A stretch of DNA of 63,780 nt, counting the filler, from Squatina squatina (lineage: Eukaryota), in the NCBI GenBank assembly GCA_031763465.1. It is 3 parts of 3 records of this genome, joined end to end, with 100 filler letters (N's around TTAATTAATTAA, not from the genome) between each part and the next. Parts side by side here need not be neighbours in the genome. Positions count along the whole stretch, not along the records: positions 1 to 27,944 come from JARFOE010000080.1; positions 28,045 to 41,604 come from JARFOE010000115.1; 1 more part is not named here. The stretch is one strand, 5' to 3'. The notes beneath the pieces were generated by a model. The model was given only the letters and a program-made list of their open reading frames with translations. It ran no database searches and was not told the origin of the DNA. Made by a program: the position numbers and the translations under genes. Positions 25,948 to 37,717 of the stretch are shown here, piece after piece (within the stretch, counting starts at the first letter, position 1; each line of letters opens with the position of its first letter).

Positions 25948-26835
25948 AGTTAATACATCTACAGATTAATACAATAGTATAAATTGTTACAAAATAATAG
26001 GGATAAAATAATCACGCAAATGCAAATAGGGATAGTGTACTTTTATTTTTATACATTTCAACATAGCTTTATAAAAAGACTAAGAAAGGGTACTGCGATT
26101 TTAATACTGTGGTTTACATACAGATGGTAAAGCTTTGGATACTTTATTCCACATTGTAGTTTTGTACAAAAAGCACAGCTCTTGTGGTTCAAGTGTTATT
26201 GCAGGAAAAGAAAAAACAGAATGATTGCATAGAGATCTAGCAGACACTGGTCAAAATCAACCCAGCCTCTGCAGTTAGTGTATCAAAATTTAATTAATAC
26301 AATGTATTTTTATCATTAAAAAATGAATCTCACATGTCGGCATAAGTAAGAGTTGGAAGATGTGGGAGTTGTAGACTGATGCGCTGATAGAAAATGTTGA
26401 TTTATAATTCAGAGTCCATATGTCTTTCCTATAAAAATGTTCAATAATAGTAGGAGCATCATCTGATGCAACTGTTGATAGTAAATCTGGTTGCAGTCCA
26501 TTATAATGGGCTGTTAACAATGTTGTCTGTGCAACAATGGCAATTGAGCCCAAGTCACTTGTTTGCTTCCACTATTTTGAAATGAAAGTTCTAAATTGTG
26601 CTCTTTTTGTCCATTTGTATATAGTATTTTTTCTATTTTTCTGGGGCAATAGGGGGTTCTGTTTAATATCTCAGATTAGAAGACATATTGATGGAAGGAA
26701 ATCTTTTACCGCTTTCTTTATGACGCTATGGCACTGATACTTGCAGCTGCATTTGCTGAGAAAGTATTCAAATGTTTTCAAAAATGCTGGATGAAGGGTC
26801 ACGTTCTCAGAAGATTCGAGAAGATTCCAAGATTC

Positions 26836-27009
26836 TCACTGGCAGACCCGACTATACTCCTGGCAGGTGGATCCCAGTCCTGCGACAGACAGGTAAAGCT
26901 TTCCATCTGGACAGACACAAACTTCGTATAGTCCCTGAGAACTTCCCGATCCACCCTGTGTCCCATGAGGCAACTTAGGTAGTTTCACAGTCTCAGCATC
27001 TAGCACTAG
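26836..27009 (-). CDS. SGCG: Gamma-sarcoglycan, last coding exon (174 nt; not in the ORF track)
   Basis: Minus strand: acceptor cctcttttttacag| then [57 protein letters not shown]. Carries the sarcoglycan C-terminal cysteine motif. Tail-to-tail with SACS, as in other vertebrates. Confidence 0.95.
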   Translation of the reverse strand, partial: LVLDAETVKLPKLPHGTQGGSGSSQGLYEVCVCPDGKLYLSVAGLGSTCQEYSRVCQ

Positions 27010-27159
27010 CTGTAAAAAAGAGGAGAAAAATCCAGTTTAATTAGTTTTGCTGCATTACAATATAAAGGATCTTTTATACAAACAATACAAATCCTAAAAT
27101 AAACAACCCGTTTCACCTTTCCCTTACATTGATTTTTCTCAATGTAGTTTCTTCAATGT

Positions 27160-27325
27160 AGGGGAAAAAGCTCTCCACCGGCTGGAGTCACACCTAGCAC
27201 AGAGGAAGATGGTTGTGATGGTTGGAGGTCAATCACCACAGCCCCAGGACATCACTGCAGGAATTCCTCAGGGCAGTGTCCTAGGCACAACCATCTTCAG
27301 CTGCTTCATCAATGGCCTTCCCTCC
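27160..27325 (+). mobile_element. CR1-like RT fragment
   Basis: ITAGIPQGSVLGTTIFSCFINGLPS. Confidence 0.8.
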
Positions 27326-27425
27326 NNNNNNNNNNNNNNNNNNNNNNNNNNNNNNNNNNNNNNNNNNNNNNNNNNNNNNNNNNNNNNNNNNNNNNNNNNN
27401 NNNNNNNNNNNNNNNNNNNNNNNNN

Positions 27426-27944
27426 TTGATTTCTGAGCTAAGATCCCTTTCTACTGTCTTTATCCCATCCTTTATCATCACTACCCCTCCTCCTTTTCCA
27501 ATTTGCCTATCTCTTCTAAAAGTTCAGTATCCTGGAATATTTAGTTCCCATCCTTGGTCACTTTGCAATCACGTCTCCGTAATGGCCATTAGATCAAACC
27601 TATTCATTTCTATCTGCGCTATTAATTCATCTATTTTGTTGCGAATGCTTTGCACACAGATAGTGCGTTTAGCTTTTTTCTATTTTCTATTTTCTGATGT
27701 CACCTTCGTCACTGATGCCCTATTACCTTTGTTACTCTCTGTCCCTTCCTGATCCACTGCTCTGGAGCTTTGTCATTTCTCTTGTTGCTTTTAAATTTAC
27801 ACTTTTCTGAATCCTCCCACCGACACCTCGCCCCCCCGCGCACCCCCACCATACCCAACTTCATTAGTTTAAAGACCTGTCTACTGCCATAGTTATTCCA
27901 TTTGCCAGGACACTGGTTCCCGCTCAGTTTAAGTGGTGCCCATC
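27426..27944 (-). mobile_element. CR1 LINE, ORF1/ORF2 junction and endonuclease region
   Basis: The minus strand reads approximately DLMAITETWLQSDQGWELNIPGY*TFRRDRQIGKGGGVVMI, an APE endonuclease N-terminus. Confidence 0.7.
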
Positions 27945-28044
27945 NNNNNNNNNNNNNNNNNNNNNNNNNNNNNNNNNNNNNNNNNNNNTTAATTAATTAA
28001 NNNNNNNNNNNNNNNNNNNNNNNNNNNNNNNNNNNNNNNNNNNN
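27945..28044. other. Artificial scaffold-concatenation spacer with six-frame stop linker
   Basis: 44 N + TTAATTAATTAA (27989-28000) + 44 N. The 12-mer is palindromic with TAA in all three frames. Gene content changes across it. Confidence 0.93.
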
Positions 28045-28691
28045 TCGATGTAAGAAAACCAGAGAAAAGAATTATAATATACATCCAGACGTTTTAATTA
28101 TGTTTCTCGTCTTTATTGCCCCATTCTCAGCTACAGCAGCCCCGCTCCCAAAAGTGTTGGTGATCCTATTTTACTCATGCATCATATCTATCACCAAGGG
28201 TCAGACATCATACCCCACTGAGCTATGGCCCTCTGGTTGAGAGCCATTGAGGGTTTGGTGTGGGAGCCTTTTGGATCAGGTTTGCCACGTGAGCTCCGAG
28301 AGGAGCTGTTAATATTCACTCTAATGAAACTAGGACTTAACAGAATCATTGTGTTATTTTTTTGGTCAGAATGACTCTTCTGTATTCATCTGTTTTATAG
28401 ATGCGAGGAGCTAGAGCTGTGTTTCAGTTATATCCTGAGAACTCCGAGCAGGTTGGTTATTACAATATTAAAATAGTGGAACTTAATACCTGGCATATGG
28501 TGAGTGTGTCAGCCTCCTGTTCTATTTGTCCTCCTGGCTTGTTCAGTGCACAGTGAATTGTGACTGTCTTTGTGTGATAAATTCAGCAAGCNNNNNNNNN
28601 NNNNNNNNNNNNNNNNNNNNNNNNNNNNNNNNNNNNNNNNNNNNNNNNNNNNNNNNNNNNNNNNNNNNNNNNNNNNNNNNNNNNNNNNNNN

Positions 28692-28915
28692 ATCTTTCCC
28701 TTTGTTCTTTCCTCCCCCTCCCCCCTTTCCCTGCCCCTGCAGGTGCTTGAAAACATCCTGCATTTCTGACGTTTTTCTGTTCTGACGAAGGGTCGTCGAC
28801 CCAAAAAGTTAACTCTGTTTTTCTCTCCACAGATGCTACCTGACCTGAGTTTTTTCCAGCATTTTTTGTTTATATTCTAGATTCCAGCATCCGCAGTATT
28901 TTGCTTTTTTATTTT
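28692..28915 (+). mobile_element. Penelope-type terminal repeat with a partly mutated hammerhead motif
   Basis: gttCTGACGAaGGGTCgtcGACCCaaaaagttaac followed by the family tail tctctccacagatgct...ttccagcatccgcagtattttgc. Confidence 0.7.
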
Positions 28916-30899
28916 AGGTTTGCCTTTTCCCCATGTGAAAACCCCACTCTTCTCTCTAACTATTTAAAAAAAAAGTTTCATTCACTTTGAGAGGGTGCCA
29001 GGTGGAGCAATTATGTGCAGAGAAAGTCAGGGACTGAGAAATATAACTAAAGCAAACAAGTCGTTTTTATTCCATTCTATAAGTGGAGTAATGAAAATTG
29101 TGTTTTTTTTTTTAACTCACTTATATAGCAAAGTATTATGCTAGCTGTTAGAGCCTGAATCACACATTTTACATAAATGTGAGCAGGAGAAATAGAAATA
29201 TGTGTGTATTAATGAAATTATGTGTGTCTGTATAAAAAAAATTAAACAAAATGGACCATCTCCAATGGGGTTGCACACAGGGAGTCAAGACTAAGTGTAG
29301 TCTTCAGGGGAAAGCACCTCGGGATATTTTTACTTCGTTAAAGGCGCTATATAAATTCAAGTTGTATTGAAATGTGGATAGATGTTGGGGGATAATTGGA
29401 CCAGGGCACACAGATATAATTCAGTCTCCATTTTAAAGTCGCACATTCTGCCCTTATTTTTATGTTTCCATTCTAAACCCCGACATCCCCAACGGAAATT
29501 GTCATGTTGTAATTACACTCTACTACCAATGGTGGTACAGCAGCACCCCGCACTGGTGGGAGGATATAATTTCAGCGTGATAAGTTTACATAGGCAATTT
29601 CCATTATAAAGTGAGCATAGGAGCTTATTATGGAAGGAAATGGACAGGAAGTGTGTGCCGAGGGAAGATTTTTAATGTGTTATTATAGCTAGATATAGGT
29701 GAGTGTTATAAAGGTCAGTATCTTGAGTTGGAGCGCAGAGCTCTGCAGTGTATCTGTGTTTTGTTTCACTCCACAAGCTCAGTGTAAACATTGGTTATGA
29801 CTGAAGCCTTAGAGTCTACAAATCACCACTTTGGGGTTGGCAAGATGTTTTCTTAACATTCTTGTTGTCCCTTTACATTTCTAGTGGAGGTTTCTGGAAC
29901 CTTCTTTGTTTGCACTTCCGCTGCTCCTCTATTTGGCACAGATAATAATGTCACTCTGTTATTCTAACAGCGCTTTCTGTTACCGCGTCAGTAAAACCTG
30001 ATTCTTTCCAGTAGCGTTGTGGGCTTCAGATGTCGTTGAGTGTTAAGAATAGGGACAGGAAGAACTGAGTCTTTAGGAGACCAGTTGCTATGGTGACGAG
30101 TTGAAGGATAATGCAGCTTGGGTGGGAGTTTCCTTGACAAAACACAGTGGTAGTTGTGGGCGCACAGCTTGTGATAAACTATGGTTACTACATGAAGACA
30201 GCTGAGGTGCTAGAAAGCAAATCAAAGTGGTAATTAATTGACTTTGGAAAGATTAGGGAGAACATAAAAATTCTACACAGGGCCACAGATCGGATTTATC
30301 TTCCAGAGTGCTGGAAAATCACAAGTTCCAAACACTTAGCATCAATCAAAACTACCTGATGATTTCAGGAAGGCTTGTGGTTGCACGCTTCCTGATACAG
30401 AGGTTGCAGCATCTGTAAAATGTGCCTGTTAACCGCAGCGAGGATCACCTTCGCTCCTTTGAATTGGCTAGCCTTGAGCGAGCAGATTGTTCGCACAGTA
30501 CCCCGTGTGCATATTCCTGTAGTTATAGAGGATTTTACATTTTAAGGTATCGCCTGTTACAGAAAATGACTTAAGGGGTCGACTCCCTGATGACCTCACA
30601 GATCAGGTGGTTAAAATCCCTCTCTCTGGTGCACTGGTTAATGCATTTGCATCTNNNNNNNNNNNNNNNNNNNNNNNNNNNNNNNNNNNNNNNNNNNNNN
30701 NNNNNNNNNNNNNNNNNNNNNNNNNNNNNNNNNNNNNNNNNNNNNNNNNNNNNNCCGTCATCTGCATGCTATTTAAGTGTTTCCGCATGTTTCAGGCAGG
30801 AGCTTCCTGCCTTTTCCCAGATGATGCCAAGGGATCGGTGTCAAGACCCAGCAGCATGATCCTCTGCTCCTACTCCTCCCTCCAAAGTACCAGCAGGCA

Positions 30900-31355
30900 G
30901 TAGACACAGGCCATTCACCCATCACCCCTGTGCACACTGACCTACATAGTCTCTGGTCCGGCAACACCACCATTTTATAATTCTCATCCTTGTTTTCAAA
31001 TCCCTCCATGGCGTTGCCCCTCCCTATCTCTGTAACCTCCCACAGCCCTACAGTCCTCTTGAGATCTCTTGAGATCCTGAAATTCTGGCCTCTTGCACAT
31101 CCCCAATTTCCATCGGCCCACCGCTGACGGCCATGCCTTCAGCTCTGGCATTCCCTCCCTAATCTTCTCCAATCTCTCTCTCCATTTAAGACACTCCTTT
31201 AACCTAATTATTTGACCACGCTTTTGGTTACCTGTCCCTAATATCTCCTCATTTGACTTGGTGTCAAATTTTGTCCAATAATGCTCCTATGAAGTGTCTT
31301 GGGACGGTTTACTATGTTAAAGTTGGTATATAAATGCACGTCGTCGTTATTGTTG
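30900..31355 (+). mobile_element. L2-clade LINE 3' end
   Basis: ccttgttttcaaatccctccatggc...tgtaacctcc...gggacggtttactatgttaaagttggtatataaatgcacgtcgtcgtt, an L2-type tail. Homologous to the minus-strand copies at 39820, 57262 and 57925. Confidence 0.75.
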
Positions 31356-31562
31356 AGGGAAGTCAGATCCTCTGTATCATCAGATGCCACAAAGTACAAC
31401 TGCACCAATAAATAGACCGGGAATGTACGGTTTATTTTCTTTTGCTTGCAATAACTTCACCGGCACTCTCCACTTAATCAGGTCACACCAATAAAAGTGT
31501 ATAAATATTTCAGAGGAGGAGCACAAACCTGGTTTTCTAAAAGAATGATGCTTTCTGTACAG

Positions 31563-31672
31563 ATGTGGATGTTGACAAACCAGATGAGAAATCAATCATG
31601 ACCTACGTAGCTCAGTTCCTAAAGCACTATCCAGATCCACGGGAGACAGAGAGGGAACCTCTAGAGGAAGAG
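31563..31672 (+). CDS. SYNE1: Nesprin-1 exon, end of the second calponin-homology domain (110 nt)
   Basis: ctttctgtacag|AT GTG GAT...GAA GAG|gtaagt; (D)VDVDKPDEKSIMTYVAQFLKHYPD. Confidence 0.92.
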
Positions 31673-31869
31673 GTAAGTCCTTTTTACTGTTTCCCTTTCA
31701 GCTCGCTGCAGAATCATAGAATGATACAGCATNNNNNNNNNNNNNNNNNNNNNNNNNNNNNNNNNNNNNNNNNNNNNNNNNNNNNNNNNNNNNNNNNNNN
31801 NNNNNNNNNNNNNNNNNNNNNNNNNNNNNNNNGAAGTTATATTGAAGAATATTTCAGTAGCCCACAGGC

Positions 31870-32235
31870 ACTGTGACGTAGTTAATGGTTGTGCTGTAAG
31901 ATTAGCAACCAGAGAGTTCAAATCCCACCAGGGGAAAATTACGAAATTAAATTCAATAAATTTGCTAATTTGAGGCTGACATCAGAAAAATTACCATGAA
32001 ATCTACCTGATTGTTATTATAAACCCAAGTGGTTCACTAATATCCTTCAGAGAAGGGAACCTACCACCCTTACCCGGTCTGAGCCTACACGTGACTCCAG
32101 TCCCACACTTTTATGGTTGCTTTGTAATACCCTCTGTGTGGTCAAGCAGAAGACCCACCACCAGCTCCTTAGGGCAGCAAGGGCTGGGTAATGAAAGTCC
32201 CTTTGCCAGTGTCAGTCACATCCTGAGAATAAAAA
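31870..32235 (+). mobile_element. Probable SINE with tRNA-like head and CR1-like tail
   Basis: B-box-like gagttcaaatccc at ~31914. The tail cccaccaccagctccttagggcagcaagggctgggtaat resembles the LINE tail at 1525-1570. Confidence 0.5.
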
Positions 32236-32389
32236 GTAAAATGATTCTGTAATTGTGTATGGTTTCATGTAAGGTTTAGACAGGATGGCTCTTTCTATTA
32301 TCACCTGACATAGGAACAGGAGTAGGCCTTTCAACCACTTGGGCCCGCTCCGCTGAACTCAACTCTATTTACCTGCCTTAGCTCCAGTC

Positions 32390-32780
32390 ATATAAAGCTT
32401 TAGTTAGACCTCGTCTGGAGTACTGTATTTAGTTCTGGTCACCGCACCTCAGGAAGGATATATTGGCCTTGGAGAGGATGTAGTGCAGATTCAGCAGAAT
32501 GAGGGCTAAACACAATAAATTATAAGGACAGGTTGCATAAACTTAGCTTGCATTCCTTTGAGTATAGAAGGTTAAGGTGTGATCTAATTGAGATGATTAA
32601 AGGAATCCATAGGATAGATCGAGAGAAACTATTTCCTCTGGTGGGGGAGCCCAGAACAAGGGGATATAATTAGTTAACAAGTTAAAATTAGAGCTAGGCT
32701 GTACAGGGATGATGTCACGAAGCACTTTTTCACACAACGTGTAGTGGAAATCTGGAACTCTCCCCCCAAAAAGCTGTTGC
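32390..32780 (+). mobile_element. CR1 LINE 3' ORF2 fragment
   Basis: YKSLVRPRLEYCI*FWSPHLRKDILALE...FSQRVVEIWNSPP. Confidence 0.8.
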
Positions 32781-33151
32781 GACTCATTACAACCGAAGCT
32801 TCACTTCCTCTCCTTTGTATTCCAGCCATTTTGAGATAAATGCTAACAATCTTTTTTTTAATTACTTTTTGTACTACTGGCTTTTAGTGATTTGGACACC
32901 CAAATCTCTTTGACACCTTTGATCTTTCTCTGCAGTCATTTGTTGAGGGCAACAAGTTTTTTGGACACTATGAGGTCACCTTCCAGTCTCTGAAGCAGGC
33001 AGCTGATATATATTTGAAAGTCGAGAATTCAGGTAACCGGCCAGTTGTTGAAGCCGATTTTATTGCCGTGCCGGTTGAATGCTCCGATGATTGACATCCC
33101 CGGCCACTTCCTCTGCTTGGGATCTTACCCTGGTATTTCTGTTCCCTGCAG

Positions 33152-33324
33152 CTGAAGAGAGAGAGAACATCAACAAGTTCCTGACCGATTCGACGGTACA
33201 GTGGCGGAATCTGTCTGTGGAGGTGCGCAGTGTCAGGAGCATGCTGGAAGAGGTGGTTACCAACTGGGACAAGTACAGCAGCACAGTGGCAAGCCTGCAG
33301 GCCTGGCTGGAAGATGCAGAGAAG
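33152..33324 (+). CDS. SYNE1: Nesprin-1 spectrin-repeat exon; 3' boundary not found
   Basis: ttctgttccctgcag| then (A)EERENINKFLTDSTVQWRNLSVEVRSVRSMLEEVVTNWDKYSSTVASLQAWLEDAEK. Similarity stops abruptly with no splice donor at the expected place. Confidence 0.88.
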
Positions 33325-33489
33325 ATTATTCCACAGATCAAACTACGCGGACATGAGATAAAACACCGCTCAGATTTCAACGGTGATTTTCTTCTTCACG
33401 CCCGCCCTGCTACAATCTCAAATCCACCCCTCTCGGGAAGGGGAAGGGAGTCTGCGGCCAGGGTTGGTGCCTGTGGCGTTTTATGACCA

Positions 33490-33657
33490 ACACCATCAGG
33501 AAAGGCTGAACAGACTGGGGCTCTCTTCTCCAGAAAAGAGAAGATCTGAGGGGCGGCTGAATAGAGGTCTTTTAAATTACGAAGGGGTTCGGTCGGGCAG
33601 ATGTAGAGAAGATGTTTCCACTTGTAGGGGAGACATGGGGCCATCAATATAAGATAG
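33490..33657 (+). mobile_element. CR1 LINE 3' fragment
   Basis: QERLNRLGLSSPEKRR...IEVF...REDVST. Confidence 0.7.
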
Positions 33658-33757
33658 NNNNNNNNNNNNNNNNNNNNNNNNNNNNNNNNNNNNNNNNNNN
33701 NNNNNNNNNNNNNNNNNNNNNNNNNNNNNNNNNNNNNNNNNNNNNNNNNNNNNNNNN

Positions 33758-33853
33758 GCCACGTTTGCTACATTACAACAGTGTCTACACTTCAAAAGTA
33801 CTCCATTGGTCATGAGGTTGTGAAAGGCACTATAGAAATGCAACTTCTTTCTT
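33758..33853 (+). mobile_element. 3' tail of a Deu-type SINE
   Basis: cattacaacagtg...aaaagtact...tgtgaaaggcactatagaaatgcaacttctttcttt matches 45210-45320. Confidence 0.65.
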
Positions 33854-33888
33854 TATGAACCTCCATCTTACATGCCGCTTTCCAACAG

Positions 33889-34053
33889 GACATGGTGAAG
33901 CAGGGAGCAGAGTGGAGGAAGTACATGGAAACAAACAGCAGTCTGCTGAAGAGATTCGAAGACTGCAGGAAGGACCTGGAAATGATCCTGCAGTCAGCCC
34001 AGATGGCCCTGATAGAAGAGGGCAACCCAGAGCGGCTTCTGGCGAGACACACG
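33889..34053 (+). CDS. SYNE1: Nesprin-1 exon (165 nt)
   Basis: ctttccaacag|GAC ATG...CAC ACG|gtgaga; DMVKQGAEWRKYMETNSSLLKRFEDCRKDLEMIL...EEGNPERLLARHT. Confidence 0.88.
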
Positions 34054-34204
34054 GTGAGAGCTGTCAAACTCAGTGAGGCTGAGCCATACGACGGGCATCT
34101 CTGACCCATTCACAGTTCTGGTTCGTGGAACCTTTCGTTAGAGAAGTGTTGTTGATCCAAGACACAGCACATGGCTGTAAACAGCTTGAAGCTGGGAGGG
34201 CATG

Positions 34205-34335
34205 CTGACGGAGGGTCATCGACCTCAAACATTAACCAAACCTTCCTCTCTCCGCACAATGCTGCCTGACCTGCTGAATATTTCCAGCATTTTCTGCTTC
34301 TATTTCAGATTTCCAGCATCCGCAGTATTTTGTTT
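34205..34335 (+). mobile_element. Penelope-type terminal repeat, degenerate hammerhead core
   Basis: ctgacggagggtcatcgacctcaaacattaac...gctgcctgacctgctgaatatttccagcattttctg...ttccagcatccgcagtattttg. Confidence 0.65.
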
Positions 34336-34537
34336 TCGAGAACAAGGGTACATTTTCCGATTACGACCTCCCAGCACACGTCCCACCCATTGGGATCCCA
34401 GATCAGAAGCTTCCATGCGTGCGGCCCATGATTTTCTNNNNNNNNNNNNNNNNNNNNNNNNNNNNNNNNNNNNNNNNNNNNNNNNNNNNNNNNNNNNNNN
34501 NNNNNNNNNNNNNNNNNNNNNNNNNNNNNNNNNNNNN

Positions 34538-34810
34538 CACACTCCTGACTTGTGTCTTGTAGGTGGGGAAGAGGCTTTGGGGAATCAGGAGGTGAGTCAT
34601 TCGCCTCACAATACCCAGCCGCTGACCTGCTGTAGTAGCCACGGTATTTATGTGGCTGGTCCAGTTAAGTTTCGGGTCAATGGTGACCCTCGAGATGTTA
34701 ATGGTGGGGCGATTTGAAAATGGTTGAATGTCAAGGGGAGGTGGTTAGACTCTCGCTTGTTGGAGATGATCAGTGCCTGGCACTTGTGTGGCGCGAATGG
34801 TACTTGCAAA
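34538..34810 (-). mobile_element. CR1-like LINE fragment
   Basis: ATTAGQRLGIVRRMTHLLIPQSLFPTYKTQVRSV; lies just upstream of the domain seen at 486-670. Confidence 0.7.
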
Positions 34811-34898
34811 AAACGAAACAGTCAGCAATACCAACATAGGATCTGATGGCAGTCACAGTGAGCAGAGTTGACATATTGCTTTGCCCCTTGTGCTGAAG

Positions 34899-35039
34899 GA
34901 GACACTAATTCAATGGCAGCGTTTTGAGGTGGAGAAGGGGGAAGTGATGGAGTTCTTGACTCGTGCTGGAATGACCGTGGATCGCAATCGTTCCTTCAGC
35001 AGCCTGGAAAGCCTTGGATCGGAGCTGGAACAAAGGAAG
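34899..35039 (+). CDS. SYNE1: Nesprin-1 exon (141 nt)
   Basis: gtgctgaag|GAG ACA...AGG AAG|gtaatt; ETLIQWQRFEVEKGEVMEFL...SFSSLESLGSELEQRK. Confidence 0.85.
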
Positions 35040-35412
35040 GTAATTGCTCGTAGACTGGGGGCTGTACTCTCAGTCGGTGCACTGTAGAAATCTATTGACC
35101 CAGCTTAAATAAGCAGATGGCCTTGAAATTGTGCGATCCAGCCTGAAAGTGAAATATTGTACTGAAAATAGAAAACTGTAAGAAATCTCTACATTTCTAA
35201 GTATAATACAGAGTAAGATGCCCTGGAATGTCTGCCAAAGCAGTAATACATCTTGGGATTATGATGATATCAAACTATTTGACCCTTTCTCTCGAGGTAT
35301 TATTGTCATCTCAAGTTCCCAATGTGCTACTGCCTTGAAGCACATTCCATGTCTTCCGATGTGCAGTTACTGCTGGTTACTGACGGTTCTTGCACTGCTT
35401 GTGTGTGCGCAG

Positions 35413-35573
35413 GCATTTTACAGGGACAGTGAAGTCAAGGCAGCTCAGGCTGAGAGCCTGCTTCAGAAATCTGAAAACATAAAAGTTGGTCCAAAGAGTA
35501 AGTGTTCCCTGCAGCAACAAACCAGACTGATGAGAGAGAAGGCTGAAAACGTACGAGAAGACCTGCAGAGCGA
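35413..35573 (+). CDS. SYNE1: Nesprin-1 exon (161 nt), directly following the 34899-35039 exon
   Basis: gtgcgcag|GCA TTT...AGC GA|gtatgt; AFYRDSEVKAAQAESLLQKSENIKVGPKSKCSLQQQTRLMREK. Phase is compatible with the previous exon. Confidence 0.82.
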
Positions 35574-37309
35574 GTATGTGGTCATGCTTTTTGTTACTTT
35601 TTATTAATGTTTAGGCTGTCTGGCTCAACCTGTCTGTGTTGGTGTTTATCCTCCACACAAGCAGTAGCCTCTAATCCCATGTGCTCAGCCTGTTCCGATA
35701 TCCCTTTAAACCCCTTTCCTTTCACCACATATTTCATCTATTCTTAACGGTTGACATGGTCTCTGCTTCAATCACTTCATTCGTTGGTAGTGCATTACAC
35801 AGCCTCACAACCCCTCTGTGTCAAAGAGTTTCTCCTGCTGTCTGCAACCACAATGGCAAAGTATGGGTGTATGCTCATCGTGTTTACTTCTCTACTCCTT
35901 ACGGAAATCTACAAACCCACAGAAGCAGCAAGCTGAGCCCTCTCAGCAACAAGCCTCACCCCACCACAAAATATCAGCACTCCTAGAAGCCAACACCAGC
36001 GCAGAGGCACATATATGGGGTTTCATTAATTAAGAGGAAAATGCGCTGGATGAATGACTTCATTTGCATCTGGAAATGGAAGAGGTAGATGCTGAAGAAA
36101 AGCTGGCAGTTACTAGGTGGAGGCCTAGCTTTGGCTCGTTGCCTGTTAAGTTCCTTCATGATGTTGGTCGTATAGGGACCAGCTATAAAACAGGTTGCTT
36201 CAGAAACATGAAAAGGTGCATTCATCACTTGTCCTTTTACAGAGCTTGATGCTCCCTAGGCTCACTATAGTCAACTACTCATTTATGATGTTAAACTGAA
36301 CTGAAATGGATATTGAGAAAATTAAACTGTGATAGAAAACATTTATCCAATGTTCCGACAACTGACTGCAGCACTGTACATTAAATTCTAAGAAAACAAA
36401 AAACGTACCTTCTGTTATAAATTACTTAAAATGTTACAATATATACATTCCTCATAGAGGAATAAATTATATTGTTTATTAGACTTAAAGACATAATTGG
36501 GTAAAAACTAGACCGTGTGCCCGTTTTAAGGGAGTTAGTCATGGCCCAATTTTGGGGAACAATGTCCTGTGCCCCAAGGACATCTGAAAAACACCCGACC
36601 CACAATTGGGTTGGGCCACTTTTCAACCATCTCTGGTGGCTGCTTAAAACAGACGTTAGGTTCCTAACATATGTAAACGAGAGGCTTACTGGCTGTTTTA
36701 GGTCCTCTCACAGTAAGCAGTGATGAGCTGATTAGGCTCCTCATGTTCTGCTCAGTGTTCTTCAGTTGCCGCTTCGGCCACCAACTAAAAGTACATATTG
36801 CTAATGCAAGTTTTTTGCAAAAGTCTTCTTGTGGAGCCCAGAGGAGCAGGGGGTGCTCCCCCGACTCCACAGTCATCGCACTCGGCACCCCACCCGCTGC
36901 ACCCCCACGACCCGCTCCAAGCATCTTCCTGGGACTTACCTTCAGGCCTCTGCTGGTGAAGCAAGAGGCCTGACATTCGTGCTCTACAAATGTGCACACT
37001 GCCTGGGGAGACATGACAGACCTCGGACCTCTTGTTTGGTGCGTTGCTGAGTCTTGGCCAGGGAGCGGGCCCGGACAAATTTCTACCTCAGTATGCGTTA
37101 AATAGAATAGTGGTACCAAGTGCTGGCCAGTAAGGAAATCTAGGGATTGTAGTGAATATAGCGGTAGGACATTTTTCTATGTTACAGGTGCTGCAAATTT
37201 GTATGATGTTGTTGTACATCTATAAAGTCATCAGTTCAATGCTTAGCTTCAGTGAAAAAGGGTAGATAGGTATTGGGTTTCATTAGCAGAGGGATATAGA
37301 GTATAAATC

Positions 37310-37717
37310 TTTTTTTAAAACTTGTTCTTGTGATGGGGCACCGCTGGCAAGGCCAGCATTTATTGCCCATCCCGAATTGCCCTTGAGGAGGCGGTGATGA
37401 CCCATCTTCTTGAACCGCTGCAATCCATGTGGTGAAGGAACTCCCACAGTGCTGTTAGGGAGAGAGTTCCAGGATTTTGACCCAGCGTCGATGAAAGAAC
37501 AGTGATATATTTCCAAGTCAGGATGGTATGTGATTTGGAGGGGAACTTGCAGGTGATGGTGTCCCCCTGTGTCTGCTGTCCTTGTCCTCCTAGGTGGTAG
37601 GGAATTGGGTTTGGGAGGTGCTGTCGAAGAAACCTTGGCGAGTTGCTGCAGTGCACTTTGTAGATGGTACACACTGCAGCCACGATGCGTCGGTGGAGGA
37701 GGGAGTGAATGTTTAAG
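37310..37717 (-). mobile_element. CR1-like LINE 3' end, uninterrupted homolog of 486-1610
   Basis: LNIHSLLHRRIVAAVCTIYKVHCSNSPRFLRQHLPNP...GSKSWNSLPNSTVG. Confidence 0.8.

Noticed and set aside
27989-28000. TTAATTAATTAA as a biological element (piggyBac TTAA site, homeodomain site)
   Set aside because: It is centred exactly in 44+44 Ns twice, so it is a synthetic linker.
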